A stretch of 64,000 nt of DNA from Eledone cirrhosa (taxonomy: Eukaryota). The position numbers and the translations under genes are program-made. The DNA lies in assembly GCA_964016885.1 (NCBI GenBank), contig OZ024746.1, forward strand, positions 82,026,001 through 82,090,000. The letters run 5' to 3'. Below, piece by piece: positions 13,591 through 26,209 of this stretch (its first letter is position 1; each line of letters starts with the position of its first letter). Under the pieces are notes generated by a model. That model worked only from the letters and a program-made list of their open reading frames with translations, was not told where the DNA came from and ran no database searches.

Positions 13591-16500
13591 TTACAGATAT
13601 ATACTCAGAGTCGGCCCATTCACACGGGCCATTCTTGCTTCTCTCACCCATCTTTCAACAAAATGCTGGGAAGAGAGCACTTCCTTCTCTACTCTGATTT
13701 TCCTTTTCAAATGAAATTTGAAAAAGTCAATCAGAGCATCACCGAAGAGGTAAGTGCTCGTCTTCAGCCCTTTCAAACGTGTCCACCATACTATCTCTTT
13801 CGCCATGGCCACCAGACAGATAAAAACTGCCTGCCCTTCCCGGCTAAAGGAGGAGGGCGGGGCAATCCTCACGATAGACTCAGATGATAGCTGGATCCGT
13901 CCTAAACGCGACAGCAGGTGTTCGACATAAACCCACAAGTCAGCAATTTTCGGACACTGGACGAGTGCGTGCAGGACGGTTTCGTCGCCCTGCGCGCATC
14001 TCGGACATGCCCGGCTGACGGCACCTCCATGCCTGTAGAGTTTATCCCGAACTGGCAAGGCTCCTCGGTAGCACTGCCAGGCCAGAGATTTCTGGAAGTT
14101 GTCCATAGGCCCCGGCCCGAAAGTTCTTCCGAAGAGATTGGCTAGTTGATTTTCGTCGACGCCTAGAGTTTCCCCAAGTACGTCGTCGCTCTTCCCCTCC
14201 ACTAATCCTCTATAGAACGCCGAGGTGGAGTTTCCACCGATCACATTGCCCGATTGGTCGAGGGCTGTGAGCGCCTGAAGACATTCCAGTCTCCAGGCGC
14301 TCCCTCTCGGTCTTCGCTTGACCCAGGACTGCAGCTCCGTCAAGGAAACGAGCTGGGGAAAAACGCGTCTAGCAAACGGCGACCACACCTGATCACCGTC
14401 GAGGAAGAGGTGGAGATGTCGTAGCCTGAGCGCGTGCCTGCGCATCATCAGCCACGGCATGCCCAGCCCTCCACGTAGCGGGTGTTGACAACAGATGGAC
14501 CGCCTGACCATCGGAGCACGTCCCTTCCACAAAAAGCGAAAGAGCAAACGCTCCAGCGCAGTCAGGCGAGGCTTAGGACAAGGTACGACGGTTAGGCGGT
14601 AGCAGATGACAGACGCGATGTACGCGTTAGCCACCTCCGCTCGACCTTTCAGGGATAGCTTCCTCTCCGCCCATTTCTGGGTGAGAGAAGCCACCCTGCT
14701 CGTCACCTCGTCCCAGTTTTTGTCCGTCTGGAGGTCCGGACCGAACCAGACCCCTAGCAATTTAACCGGTCCGTCCGTCCAGCGCCCGACGACGCTGTTG
14801 GACGGCATGGACCTGCCTCTCCAGGTGCCGAGCTGCAGGCCCACTGACTTTTCCTGGTTGATCATTGCTCCTGTCACCGCTTCGTATTCTCTTAGTGTAG
14901 TGCCGATCGCCTCGATGTGTTTGGCGTTCGACACCACTACGGTGACATCGTCCGCATATGCTGACACGGATCTTCCGCATCCTAGTTCGCGCGGGACTCC
15001 CCTCAACGTCTCCAGTTTGTGCAGTAATGGCTCGAGAGTCAATACGTACAAGAGGGACGAGAGGGGACATCCTTGGCGGACCGAGCGCATGATGTTGAAC
15101 GGTTCCGACAGGTGACCGTTCACTCTCACCACAGAGCAGATGTCGCTGTGCATGGCAGCGATCCAGCCTCTGAAGACGGGCCCAAAGCCAGCCGCCCTCA
15201 GGACTGCCGCTAGGTAACGATGGTCGACCCTATCGAAAGCTTTCGACTGATCTAAATTGATCAAGGACCCACCCGTGCCAGGTTCCCTAGCTACCCTCTC
15301 TACGATGTATCGCATGAGGTGGAGGTTGTCGTGGATGGATCTGTCGGGAATGGCGCATGTCTGCGCCTCTCCCACCAGACCACCAACGACAAGCGCCAAC
15401 CTCTTTGCTAGCACCTTGGCCAAAATCTTAAACTCTGTGTTTAGCAGAGTTATGGGCCGGAAATTGTCTATGTTATCCCCCTTGTTCGGATCCTTTCTCA
15501 GCAGTGCCACCGCTCCTCGGCTCACAGAACTGGGAATTCTCCCGTTCTGTTGCCAGTTGCAGTAGACGTCCGCCAAGAGGCCTCCGAACAAGTCTGGCAT
15601 CTGTACGTAAAGTTCATAGGGCAGACCATCCAAACCAGGCGATTTACCCCTTGTGCAGCCAGTCATTGCCTCCCGTACTTCAGCGGCTGTTATCGGCTTT
15701 TCGCAACACCTCGCCTCAGTGGCCGAGAGCCGCGGCAGCCCGTCGAGGTAGACACTAAAGTCCATCCCTCTACCCGGCCCCCCGCTGCCCCCGAACAGCT
15801 GAGCGAAGTGTCGCTGAAAAGCTTCACACATTTGCCCGGGATCGAGTAGCATGCGCCCGTCGTGGTCCACCAAAGACCGGATCGTGGCTTTGTTGCCACG
15901 ACGCGCCTCCGCCACTCGGGCCCATTGAACGGCTTTCGTCCCCTCGTGTCTGAGAGCACGCACCCTAGCTCTGACAACGCAGCCTTCGTGCTTTGCATTG
16001 AAGAATTGGTCAAGGGCCAATTTCGCCGCAAGCACGTCGGTCGCAATGCCTTTGCTAAGCGCCTCGTCTAATTTTCTAACTAGTTCTCCCTCTGCTCTAT
16101 TTTTCTCTATTGCTAAAGCCTTACTAAACCTAATCGATTCTATTCTAATCGCTCTTTTCAGAGCAAACCACCACTTGTTGTTGACGATGGCCCCCGTCAA
16201 CGCCCGCTTAACTAGTTCGCTAATCCGGTCTCTGTAGGCCTTGCGCGCTGGTAAGGACGCGTTTAGCTTCCAGTAGCCGGGTCCTCGTCTATGAAGCCTA
16301 TCTAAGTCAAGCACACAGGTCACGAATTTGTGGTCCGTGTAGCTGACTATCTTGAATTGTGGACAGCCTATGCTAGACCTATCTATTTCCCTACAAAATA
16401 CTCTATCTAGATATGATCTGGATGACCCTATGCGGTTTGTCCAAGTCCACATTGGCACATTCGGGAAATCCAATCGGTACCTGTCAGACAGTTCAAAACG

Positions 16501-17010
16501 CCTGAGCAGGTTGGTGAGGCTCTTGCACCCTCCACCCCTATCCGCTAATCCCACACAGTCCCAGCGTGCATCTAAGATCCCGTTCCAGTCGCCCACTAAC
16601 ACTAAAGAGCGGGACGTTCCAAGAAAGGTCTCCAGACGCCGGAAGAAATCAGGCCGCCCTGCTCCTGTCGGGGCATAGACGGCCACTAGCCTGAAAGCTT
16701 GCCCGTCTCCGCTGGTCACGTCCAGCACCACCAGCTTACCCTCTGGGTCCAGGAAGATGGCCCGTATGGCGAGATCCAAACCTCTCCGAAAAAGCACAGC
16801 AACTCCTCCACCCGATCCAGGACGGCTGGGAGATGCGTACACATCGTAGCCGCCGAAGATCGGTGCGAAGGCCCGTGCTTCGGAGATTCTGGTCTCGCTG
16901 ATGGCCACTACATCTATGTTTAGTGACCTGAGGTCGTTGAGCAGGTGACCCTGCTTCCATGACGACCCCAAGCCACGCGCATTTATGCTGCCTATTCTGA
17001 GTGAGGTCAT
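13591..17010 (-). CDS. LINE ORF2: AP endonuclease, reverse transcriptase, CCHC zinc domain (1139 aa)
   Basis: GSINARGL, ISETR, VYAP, VGDWN, LDRVF, TDH; FRPITLLN, DQSKAFDRV, VRQGCPLS, YADD; CPRC...HALVQC. Confidence 0.95.
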   Translation of the reverse strand: MTSLRIGSINARGLGSSWKQGHLLNDLRSLNIDVVAISETRISEARAFAPIFGGYDVYASPSRPGSGGGVAVLFRRGLDLAIRAIFLDPEGKLVVLDVTSGDGQAFRLVAVYAPTGAGRPDFFRRLETFLGTSRSLVLVGDWNGILDARWDCVGLADRGGGCKSLTNLLRRFELSDRYRLDFPNVPMWTWTNRIGSSRSYLDRVFCREIDRSSIGCPQFKIVSYTDHKFVTCVLDLDRLHRRGPGYWKLNASLPARKAYRDRISELVKRALTGAIVNNKWWFALKRAIRIESIRFSKALAIEKNRAEGELVRKLDEALSKGIATDVLAAKLALDQFFNAKHEGCVVRARVRALRHEGTKAVQWARVAEARRGNKATIRSLVDHDGRMLLDPGQMCEAFQRHFAQLFGGSGGPGRGMDFSVYLDGLPRLSATEARCCEKPITAAEVREAMTGCTRGKSPGLDGLPYELYVQMPDLFGGLLADVYCNWQQNGRIPSSVSRGAVALLRKDPNKGDNIDNFRPITLLNTEFKILAKVLAKRLALVVGGLVGEAQTCAIPDRSIHDNLHLMRYIVERVAREPGTGGSLINLDQSKAFDRVDHRYLAAVLRAAGFGPVFRGWIAAMHSDICSVVRVNGHLSEPFNIMRSVRQGCPLSSLLYVLTLEPLLHKLETLRGVPRELGCGRSVSAYADDVTVVVSNAKHIEAIGTTLREYEAVTGAMINQEKSVGLQLGTWRGRSMPSNSVVGRWTDGPVKLLGVWFGPDLQTDKNWDEVTSRVASLTQKWAERKLSLKGRAEVANAYIASVICYRLTVVPCPKPRLTALERLLFRFLWKGRAPMVRRSICCQHPLRGGLGMPWLMMRRHALRLRHLHLFLDGDQVWSPFARRVFPQLVSLTELQSWVKRRPRGSAWRLECLQALTALDQSGNVIGGNSTSAFYRGLVEGKSDDVLGETLGVDENQLANLFGRTFGPGPMDNFQKSLAWQCYRGALPVRDKLYRHGGAVSRACPRCAQGDETVLHALVQCPKIADLWVYVEHLLSRLGRIQLSSESIVRIAPPSSFSREGQAVFICLVAMAKEIVWWTRLKGLKTSTYLFGDALIDFFKFHLKRKIRVEKEVLSSQHFVERWVREARMARVNGPTLSIYL

Positions 17011-17045
17011 GTTTAAAATAGAGTGGAAAAGATGGGAAAGACCAC

Positions 17046-19145
17046 TTACCGTACTTTTGGTAGAGGAGGGATGGTTTTTACATCCCTTTTCACTTGATCG
17101 TCTGGTGAAGGGACCGTTGAATCGTCCCTTCGGCTGGTCGTCGGCTCTTCTAAGAGAATGTCTGAATATACTCTTCGATTAATGGTTCCTCCTAGGTCCC
17201 TGAAATCACCAACAGCGTTGGGGAATTTCGTTTTAATGTTTGTGTATTGTTTCTGTGCTATTTTTAGCAGTCTTATGTTAGTTGGCGTTTTGATTGGTGC
17301 TGGTATTATGTAGTCCTGTTGTGAAATGTCTGTGTGTTCAATTATGTAAGTCATTAGTTTCTTGTTGTGTGTGTTTATTGCCGTGCATTTGTTTTTCTGG
17401 GGGTGGGGTGTGGTTCTGCTATTTTCTTGTCGTTGTTGCTGGGTGTGTGTGTTTTGTTGTTGTGTTTGCGATGTTGGTGCTTGTGGTGGTGGTGTTGAAG
17501 GTGTTGTTGGCGGTGGGGTTGTCGCCGGTGGTGATGGTGGTGCTGGTGTGGGTGGTGATGGTGTTGGTGGTGTTGCTGCTGTGGGTCTCTTTGCAGTAGA
17601 CTTTACCCTTTTCTCATTTCTTTCCTCCCTTTTCAAAGGCGACGATGCGCTGCTTCTGCGTTTGTGCCTTCTTGAGACCTTTTGCCATCCCTCTCCCACC
17701 TCACACTCCATGTCTGATTCTGTAAGGTCGGGGAGGGGTACCAGCTCCACTCTTTCACTTGTTGTTGTTGGTGATGTTTGCACTGGAGTCTCTGTTGCAG
17801 CTGCATTTGGTATTGCTGTTGTTGTTGTTAATATTTCCACTGCTGCTGCTGTCTTTGATTTCCGTGGAGTGGGTATGGGTGCCACGGACCTATCGTTCCT
17901 GGTTGCCGCTTGTCCTGTTGCTGGTAGCCGTGGAACCGGATTCGGGAGGAGGGGGGTTTTCTCCTTTCTCATGGTCTTCTCGTTGCAGAAGGCCCTGAGG
18001 TGAGTCTTCGATCCACAGCGAAAGCATTTCGGGCGTTTGCCCTCAACACTTATGGGCAGTTGAGTGCCGTTATCGAAGTCTATCACATCCGGGATAGCTT
18101 CGATGCACTCCTGGTTGGTTTGGATTAGCATCTCAATGGAGGAGCCGACCCAATCTTCTCTTACTTTTTTCTGTACTTGCAGTACAGTTGTTTTGTCCTC
18201 GATTCCGACGAGGACAGACGCGGCCAGCCAAGAAGGGGTCATTCCGGGGGGGACGTGGGTCAGTTTGACCCTCACAATTTTTTGCCCGCAGTAGGAGGGC
18301 ACCAACACCATTTCCTCGCTCCTTAGGGTCACTACTGATTGGGCCTTTGCCTCCTGGGGTGTGGCAAAAAGTACGTCTACGGTGGCGTATTTTTTGCCTC
18401 GGGTGATGTGCGTTTTCCTCTGCCACACAGACCCCAAGGCTTTTTGTATTTGGGCCTCTGTGGCTCTTTCCACCCTACGGGATTTTGTACTTACTGTACG
18501 GTACGTGACCGTACAGTGCTCTTGGGTTTCGAAAAAATTTTTCGCTGCCTTGCAGATTGCTCGGTGTCCGTTCTTTGTCACCATCTTCTTCGCTTCCTCT
18601 AATTCCTCATTTGTTATGAGGATTGTTTCCAGGTTTTTCGCAATACCTGCAAATGAGATTGGTTTTTCTCTGCTGTTGTTGTTGTCGTCAGAGCTGCTGG
18701 TACTTTTGTTGTTGCTGCAGGTACTACGACTACTGCCTCCGCCGCTGTTGCTGTGGTTGTTGTTGGTGTTGCTGCTGCTAATGCTGTTGTTGTTTATGCT
18801 GCTGGTGATGCTGTTGCGGCTGCTACTGTTGTTTTCATTGTCACTGTTGCTGTTGTTATTACGGCTGCTACTGCTATTATTCCTGACGTCAGACGAATGA
18901 ACTGGGTTTTCGTATTTCCCGCACACCTGTTTCGTCGCTGTCGTCGTCGTCGTGGAGAAACCTTGCACGCTTTGCACGAGACTTTTCTTTTCTTTCGTCG
19001 CTTGCGAAAGAGAAGGTAGGGAGAGAGACACATTTAAAGAAGGGAGGGAGAGAGACAATCTTCTCTCTCCTGTAGTGATGATTGAGGAAGAAGAAGACGG
19101 AATGAGTGGGAGTGACGTATGAAATTTTTTTTTTTTGGTAGCCAT
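17046..19145 (-). CDS. LINE ORF1 (gag-like, CCHC zinc knuckle)
   Basis: First ATG at 19145 within the 17046-19178 ORF; CFRCGSKTHLRAFC knuckle; S/N-rich and P/T-rich low-complexity segments; 35-nt spacer before ORF2. Confidence 0.88.
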   Translation of the reverse strand: MATKKKKFHTSLPLIPSSSSSIITTGERRLSLSLPSLNVSLSLPSLSQATKEKKSLVQSVQGFSTTTTTATKQVCGKYENPVHSSDVRNNSSSSRNNNSNSDNENNSSSRNSITSSINNNSISSSNTNNNHSNSGGGSSRSTCSNNKSTSSSDDNNNSREKPISFAGIAKNLETILITNEELEEAKKMVTKNGHRAICKAAKNFFETQEHCTVTYRTVSTKSRRVERATEAQIQKALGSVWQRKTHITRGKKYATVDVLFATPQEAKAQSVVTLRSEEMVLVPSYCGQKIVRVKLTHVPPGMTPSWLAASVLVGIEDKTTVLQVQKKVREDWVGSSIEMLIQTNQECIEAIPDVIDFDNGTQLPISVEGKRPKCFRCGSKTHLRAFCNEKTMRKEKTPLLPNPVPRLPATGQAATRNDRSVAPIPTPRKSKTAAAVEILTTTTAIPNAAATETPVQTSPTTTSERVELVPLPDLTESDMECEVGEGWQKVSRRHKRRSSASSPLKREERNEKRVKSTAKRPTAATPPTPSPPTPAPPSPPATTPPPTTPSTPPPQAPTSQTQQQNTHTQQQRQENSRTTPHPQKNKCTAINTHNKKLMTYIIEHTDISQQDYIIPAPIKTPTNIRLLKIAQKQYTNIKTKFPNAVGDFRDLGGTINRRVYSDILLEEPTTSRRDDSTVPSPDDQVKRDVKTIPPLPKVR

Positions 19146-19358
19146 GTTTTTTTGTTTAAAATGAAATTTTGGGTACAAAACCCCAATAACTGATTATTTA
19201 ACCCCGAAGGGCCAAATAACGGACAGAAAGACCCCTCTCACGAGGAGGAGGGTGTCTTTATCAACAATTTGGTTCAAGTTTTAAACAATTTACAATTGTT
19301 TTAACGGTTAAAAATTACTATACCTTACAGAGCCGAGCCTCCGTCAACCATGGCATTC

Positions 19359-20187
19359 AATAATAATAATAATAATGATTTCTTTATTAACCACAAGGGT
19401 TTACATAAAGTAGACATTAAGGACAGTGCAGGACAATGCAGGACGGTACAAATGGGCATTTCTGCGTGTAAAAAAACAAAAACAGAGGATGTAACAAAAA
19501 TAACAATGAAAATAACAATGAAAAATTCCCCAATAGGGGGGAGACTTCGGAGGGACATTTGTGGAGAAAGCCCAGTAAAAAGCCACAATGACCCTGACCA
19601 CCAAGGCAAGTGCCCTCTCCCAGTTTTCCACCTTTAGTTTACAGATATATACTCAGAGTCGGCCCATTCACTCGGGCCATTCTTGCTTCTCTCACCCATC
19701 TTTCAACAAAATGCTGGCAAGAGAGCACTTCCCTTTCTACCCTGATTTTCCTTTTTAAATGAAATTTGAAAAAGTTAATCAGGGCATCACCGAAGAGGTA
19801 AGTGCTCGTCTTCAGCCCTTTCAAACGTGTCCACCATACTATCTCTTTTGCCATGGCCACCAGACAGATAAAAACTGCCTGCCCTTCCCGGCTAAAGGAA
19901 GAGGGCGGAGCAATCCTCACGATGGACTCAGATGATAGCCGGATCCGTCCTACGCTCTACAGCAGGTGTTCGACATAAACCCACAAGTCAGCAATTTTCG
20001 GACACTGGACGAGTGCGTGCAGGACGGTTTCGTCGCCCTGCGCGCATCTCGGACATGCCCGGCTGAGTTTATCCCGAACTGGCAAGGCTCCTCGGTAGCA
20101 CTGCCAGGCCAGAGATTTCTGGAAGTTGTCCATAGGCCCCGGCCCGAAAGTTCTTCCGAAGAGATTGGCTAGTTGATTTTCGTCGAA
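19359..20187 (-). mobile_element. 5'-truncated copy of the same Tx1 element, in tandem
   Basis: Near-identical to ~13310-14159; 21-nt deletion (DGTSMPV in the antisense ORF) and an in-frame stop; (TAA)n at both ends. Confidence 0.92.
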
Positions 20188-20596
20188 TAATAATAATAAT
20201 AGTTATACTTATATATATAATATATATATATAATTATAAATAAGATACGGGTAATATTGTGTATTACCCGATTACCCGTAAGATTATTAGCTCAATGTAA
20301 AATATTAGATATACTACAGAGGAGAAATAACACTTCACAACTATAGATATTACCATTTTCTACATAAACCTTATGACTAACATTATAAAACTTTTCACCT
20401 AAATCTTTTCGCCTCTAACTAATATATCTTATAATACTTATAACATATAACACCTATATGTATACTCTCACTACACAATTGTCTTACATTTATTGCATAT
20501 TCACTGCTATTATTTATATTCTTGCTATAATGTTTTATAAGTAATATAAACATGCCAATCTATGTTTAGAATCCCGAGCAACGCCGGGCCATTCTG

Positions 20597-20686
<90 letters not shown>

Positions 20687-21234
20687 TGTGTGTGTCTGTG
20701 TGTGTGTGTGTGGGTGTGTGTGTGTGTGTGTGTGTGTGTTTCTGCATATAAATGTTGGTATGACTGTACGTAAATCTGTGCCTATGAATATATATGTAGA
20801 TGCGGTGCTGTGTGTATGTATATGTGATGCGAGAGTATCTTGTGCTTTACCATAGTAGAGCAGTGAATTACAGAATTGTTGGAGCATCAGTTAAAATGTT
20901 TTGAGTTATTTAGTAATGTCCCTTTATGTTGTGTTTTCAAACACTACTGGCGTCGACTTTTCATTTGATTCTCACCCCGAGCTCAATAAAATAAGTAACA
21001 TTAAGCGAGATGATTCAATCACCACGTCTCTTTCACTAAATGTTCTACAATTATCCTTTTCTTTTAAAAGATTAGAATATCTGCTTCCGGATGTAACCTG
21101 CTATGATTCTTTCATTGCAAACAAGGGATACTACACGAAAATGCTGTTTATAATACGATTACATACGTCTGTATAAAGTTTCTATTCTCTTGTTTGTGGT
21201 TGGTAACGTTTTCATTTAGATCGATCGATCAATC

Positions 21235-21498
<264 letters not shown>

Positions 21499-22007
21499 AC
21501 AATATTGGAAAGGTGGCTTCAAGACAACAAAAAGACCATATTCACAATGTTATTTCCATAAGTATTAGAGTATATCGAATTTTTTTTTTTTTTTTAATAG
21601 AAACGCGAAAATCAATCAAGCATTTCGCATAACGTAGAAGTTTATAGAATGTAAATGATTGTTTGAACAAGCAGCGTTGAATGAATATACATAAATTTAA
21701 ATATACTTGAATACACGCAGTCTCTACATCCGTTTTTCAGTGTTATTTAATATTCTATTTCTGACTCCAAACAGCACCGTAAAATAGAAAATCTTAACAA
21801 GTTGCGCCATGACCCAGTTTCGATTTCCAATTGGAGTTTCCACTTCATTAAGAGCTCATACAAGATACCAACATTTTCTTTTATGTGGAAAAAAAACAAG
21901 TATACAGAACACATATGTATATATGGACATACGGCGTGTTTTGGTAACTTTAAATCTAGCGAAACCCATCCCCACCCCGGGTCGGAGAGAGAGAGAGACA
22001 ACAAAGC

Positions 22008-22090
<83 letters not shown>

Positions 22091-22407
22091 GATCGATCCT
22101 AGTACAAAACTAGTATTTGTTACTGACCCCGAAGGATAAAGATAAAGCTGACCTCAGTGGGATATGAACTCAGAGAGCCGGAACGTATACGACAAGCCCT
22201 TCTATGCGATGTTTTAAAGACTCTGCTAATTCGCCGCACCCAGACCACATGTATTTACAGCATATCGGTACATACAAGGCAGCAGGTGTGAAACTATTTG
22301 TAGATTCAGAAATCATGTTTTTACCAATAGCAACAAATGAGACCCAAAATATATATAATATAGAAATATAGCACGCTGGCACACACTCACACACACACAC
22401 ACACACA

Positions 22408-22482
<75 letters not shown>

Positions 22483-22514
22483 CATACATATGTACATACG
22501 TACATAAACTCACA

Positions 22515-22985
22515 AGGGTTACTCGATAAAGTGCGTAGTTCGGAGATCAGAGAGTCACTCCAGGTAGAGCCGCTACTTCCCCAAATTGAGAGATCACAGC
22601 TCCAATACTAAGGGCAGGTGGTTAGAATGTCTCAGGCATTAATCGCTGGACAAATTTTACGGCCAAAATCAACCGGCAGGAGACCCAGGGGTAGACCCTG
22701 GGCAAGATCGTTGGATAAGATCCATGAGCTTGGCTGGTCTCGCTTGGGACTCAGCCGGATCAGTTGGAGACGGTTGCTTCTGAGAAGACCCGCTAAAAGC
22801 AGTGTTTGAGGACTCTGTCGCCACAACCCTCTCAGGAATATATGTGAGTGTGTGTGGTGGAAGAAGAAGAAGAAGAAGAAGAAGAAGAAGAAGAAGAAGA
22901 AGAAGAAGAAGAAGAAGAAGAAGACGAAGAAGAAGAAGAAGAAGAAGAAGAAGAAGAAGAAGAAGAAGAAGAAGAAGAAGAAAGA
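22515..22985 (+). mobile_element. RTE 3' fragment with (GAA)n tail
   Basis: Homologous to 5089-5450, 26210-26540 and 63422-63790. Confidence 0.75.
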
Positions 22986-23664
22986 AGAAAAATGTTGACA
23001 GTGACGTTGACGTTTTACCGTGGATGGTTTCATCGAATATCTTGTAAAGTTAGAATTAGTGAAAACTCAAAATTACTCCCATCTTTTCCTTGTAAACATG
23101 AAATTTCTCAAACTCAATATCGATCGACGAAAGTGAATGAGAACGAATGCGCTTCAAGTTAGTGAAAGGTATATATTTTGAATGAGTTTCCAATAAGAAT
23201 CGAAACCATGCTGTAGTCTCGATTCGCATGAACCTTCTTCTTCCCATATGTGAGTTATTACGCATTTAATAATATTTTGTGTATGCGTCCAAGTATTTAA
23301 AAGAGCACCGCGATAATTACAACATGTGCCTAAATGGGTGTTAGATTTAAACCGCCATCCAGTTTATCATACAACCTGATTCTTGTGTGCCTTTAGCGGA
23401 GACCACCCTGTTGCAGGATTTGGGATTATTTTTTTTTATCAAAGAGAAACGCGAACCTTTCCTTCTCTAAGAGATAAAAAAAGTTAAATTCGGAGAAATT
23501 TCTGCGATCATGTTTTATATGGTATATAATTTATAAATATCATTCACAGTTATATTTTATATATGGTATAAACGAGTGCACATAAAGGAAATATACAAAA
23601 TCGCATGAATAAATACATAATATACGAGTATATATGGTGTATGTTTGTGTTTGTGTGTATATAT

Positions 23665-23738
<74 letters not shown>

Positions 23739-23862
23739 GCTTATATAAGTTTATGTGATTTGACAATGCCTATGTATGTTTATGTACACATGTGCACACT
23801 CATGTATTTTGGGACATATAATGTCTTTATTTTCTACTTTCTATTTATTCTATCTAGCGTTC

Positions 23863-23938
<76 letters not shown>

Positions 23939-24331
23939 ATATATATATATTATATATTGTGTGTGTGTGCAAATAGGTGAATAGGTGGGTGTGTGTGTGT
24001 AAACAATTGCGTCCGTGACTTTACATAGGCAAGAAACATATTTTTTTTAAAATTAGTTTGCTATACAAATCATAAAAAACATTATATCGAACTGCGGGAG
24101 AATAACGCTCCATGATATGCATTAATATAATGAAGAATGGTATTTTAATAATCAAATTAAATGACAACTACTGCTAGATTGAATTAAGAATATCAGACGT
24201 GATAGGGCATCAATTCCATGAAAAGGGACATAACTACTCTTTTATCTCTGCAATGTGATTCTAATATGGCATTCGTAAATATTTTATCTATTATCCTCAT
24301 ATCTTCAGCAAATAGAATTATTGCATATACT

Positions 24332-24440
<109 letters not shown>

Positions 24441-24531
24441 ATTTGCGCTTGCATGTTTAGATGTATTTCTGGTTTCTGGTGTATGATTGTATACAATTCT
24501 ATACTAATTGAAATCACACACATCTATATTA

Positions 24532-24574
<43 letters not shown>

Positions 24575-24578
24575 TATA

Positions 24579-24702
<124 letters not shown>

Positions 24703-24743
24703 ATGATATTAAATAAATTGAAACTATATTTATAAAACCATAT

Positions 24744-24808
24744 TTATTTTATTATATATATTTCAAGGGTACCAAGACAACATTGGTGCGCTTTCATCAG
24801 ATAAACTA
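24744..24808 (-). ncRNA. Type I hammerhead ribozyme (inverted copy)
   Basis: Minus strand: CTGATGA, AAGCGCACCAA/TTGGTACCCTT, GAAA, TATATA, TA^, ATAAAATA. Confidence 0.75.
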
Positions 24809-24938
24809 CAAAGTTTGTTTTATAAATAGAGATGTACCCATGAATATCAAACCTTATCGGTTGGAAATTCACTGGATAATTTCCAACCGATAAGGTATGA
24901 TCTTCATGGGTACGTCTCTATTTATAAAACAAACTTTG

Positions 24939-25003
24939 TATTTTATCTGATGAAAGCGCACCAATGTTGTCTTGGTTGCCCTTGAAATATATATAATAGA
25001 ATA
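24939..25003 (+). ncRNA. Type I hammerhead ribozyme
   Basis: TATTTTAT, CTGATGA (24947), AAGCGCACCAA/TTGGTTGCCCTT, GAAA (24984), TATATA, TA^, ATAGAATA. Confidence 0.85.
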
Positions 25004-25137
25004 AATATGGTTTTATAAATATAGTTTCCATTTATTTAATATCATGGAATATTTACTGCAGTAAACTGTTGAGTGCTCTAAATTAGTTATAAACATTTAT
25101 GTTTGTCGGACTTCCAACAAATTAAATACAACTTCTA

Positions 25138-25179
<42 letters not shown>

Positions 25180-25394
25180 TGCATATGTGTATATATTTAT
25201 GTATATACGTATGCAGGTACATATATAAATAGATTCAATTCACTGTATATTTATTTTAGTCACATTTAAAAAATACCACACCAAATCTCCATAATAAACA
25301 TATTTTAAATTTCGTCACATTCACCGCCATCACCTTCCCTCCCCATTTATCTTTTCCATTCTTTTCTCCTCTCTCTCTTTCTATGAAACACAGG

Positions 25395-25609
<215 letters not shown>

Positions 25610-25632
25610 TACATATATATATATATATATAT

Positions 25633-25772
25633 GTAACGAAGGAAATATGGTAAGGAACCAGATGGACCATAACGCACCAAAGTACTCAATACTTAGGGTA
25701 GTAGAGTGGGTAATAGGAACGAGTAGGACCCCGACGGCTGAGCTCAAGCCATTTCGACGGCTAATTCTGGAC

Positions 25773-25776
<4 letters not shown>
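25633..25776 (-). mobile_element. Family B pLTR tail with the 3' half of a hammerhead
   Basis: Minus strand: GAAA-TGGCT tgagctc AGCCG-TC^GGGGTC; homologue at 58714-58893; flanked by (TA)n. Confidence 0.6.
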
Positions 25777-25840
<64 letters not shown>

Positions 25841-25845
<5 letters not shown>

Positions 25846-26055
25846 ATACTTGGGGAGGGTCATATTTGCGTAATATTGCCAGAATTAATAACAGAACACA
25901 CTCACTGTTTGGTTGGTTTTCGCTTCTCGCTGTCTTTTTCAAAAAGTGAGTGTGTTCTGTTATTAATTCTGGCAATATTACGCAAATATGACCCTCCCCA
26001 AGTATAACAATATCTGTTTCGACACACGATTTCATATAAAAAAACCTCGCAAAAC
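25841..26055. mobile_element. Family C fold-back pLTR tail
   Basis: Inverted arms ~25841-25905 and 25946-26010, starting ttgttatacttggggagggtca; flanked by (TA)n. Confidence 0.7.
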
Positions 26056-26209
26056 TATATATATATATATATATATAGGAAAAAGAAATTGCAATTGCAA
26101 TTGGAGTCTTTAAGAAAGTGCATTTACAATAATTTATGACTTTAACGGTTTCACAAGTTTCATGATTTTCTAAATGGAATTCCCCCGAAGGGTCTTTGAA
26201 GTAACATTA

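Larger units (their letters stand above)
13276..19358 (-). mobile_element. Full-length L1/Tx1-clade LINE, potentially intact
   Basis: Two open ORFs, 3' UTR with AATAAA and a (TTA)n tail, 5' end abutting a (TAA)n run. Confidence 0.92.
12846..20600 (+). mobile_element. Non-autonomous Helitron interrupted by Tx1 LINEs
   Basis: A|TCTATATTATAAAG 5' end at 12846; 3' hairpin cccgagcaacgccggg then CTAG|T at 20597-20600; about 0.85 kb without the inserts. Confidence 0.65.

Noticed and set aside
13918-19033. Plus-strand and alternative-frame ORFs overlapping the Tx1 element
   Set aside because: Antisense or frame shadows of GC-rich coding sequence
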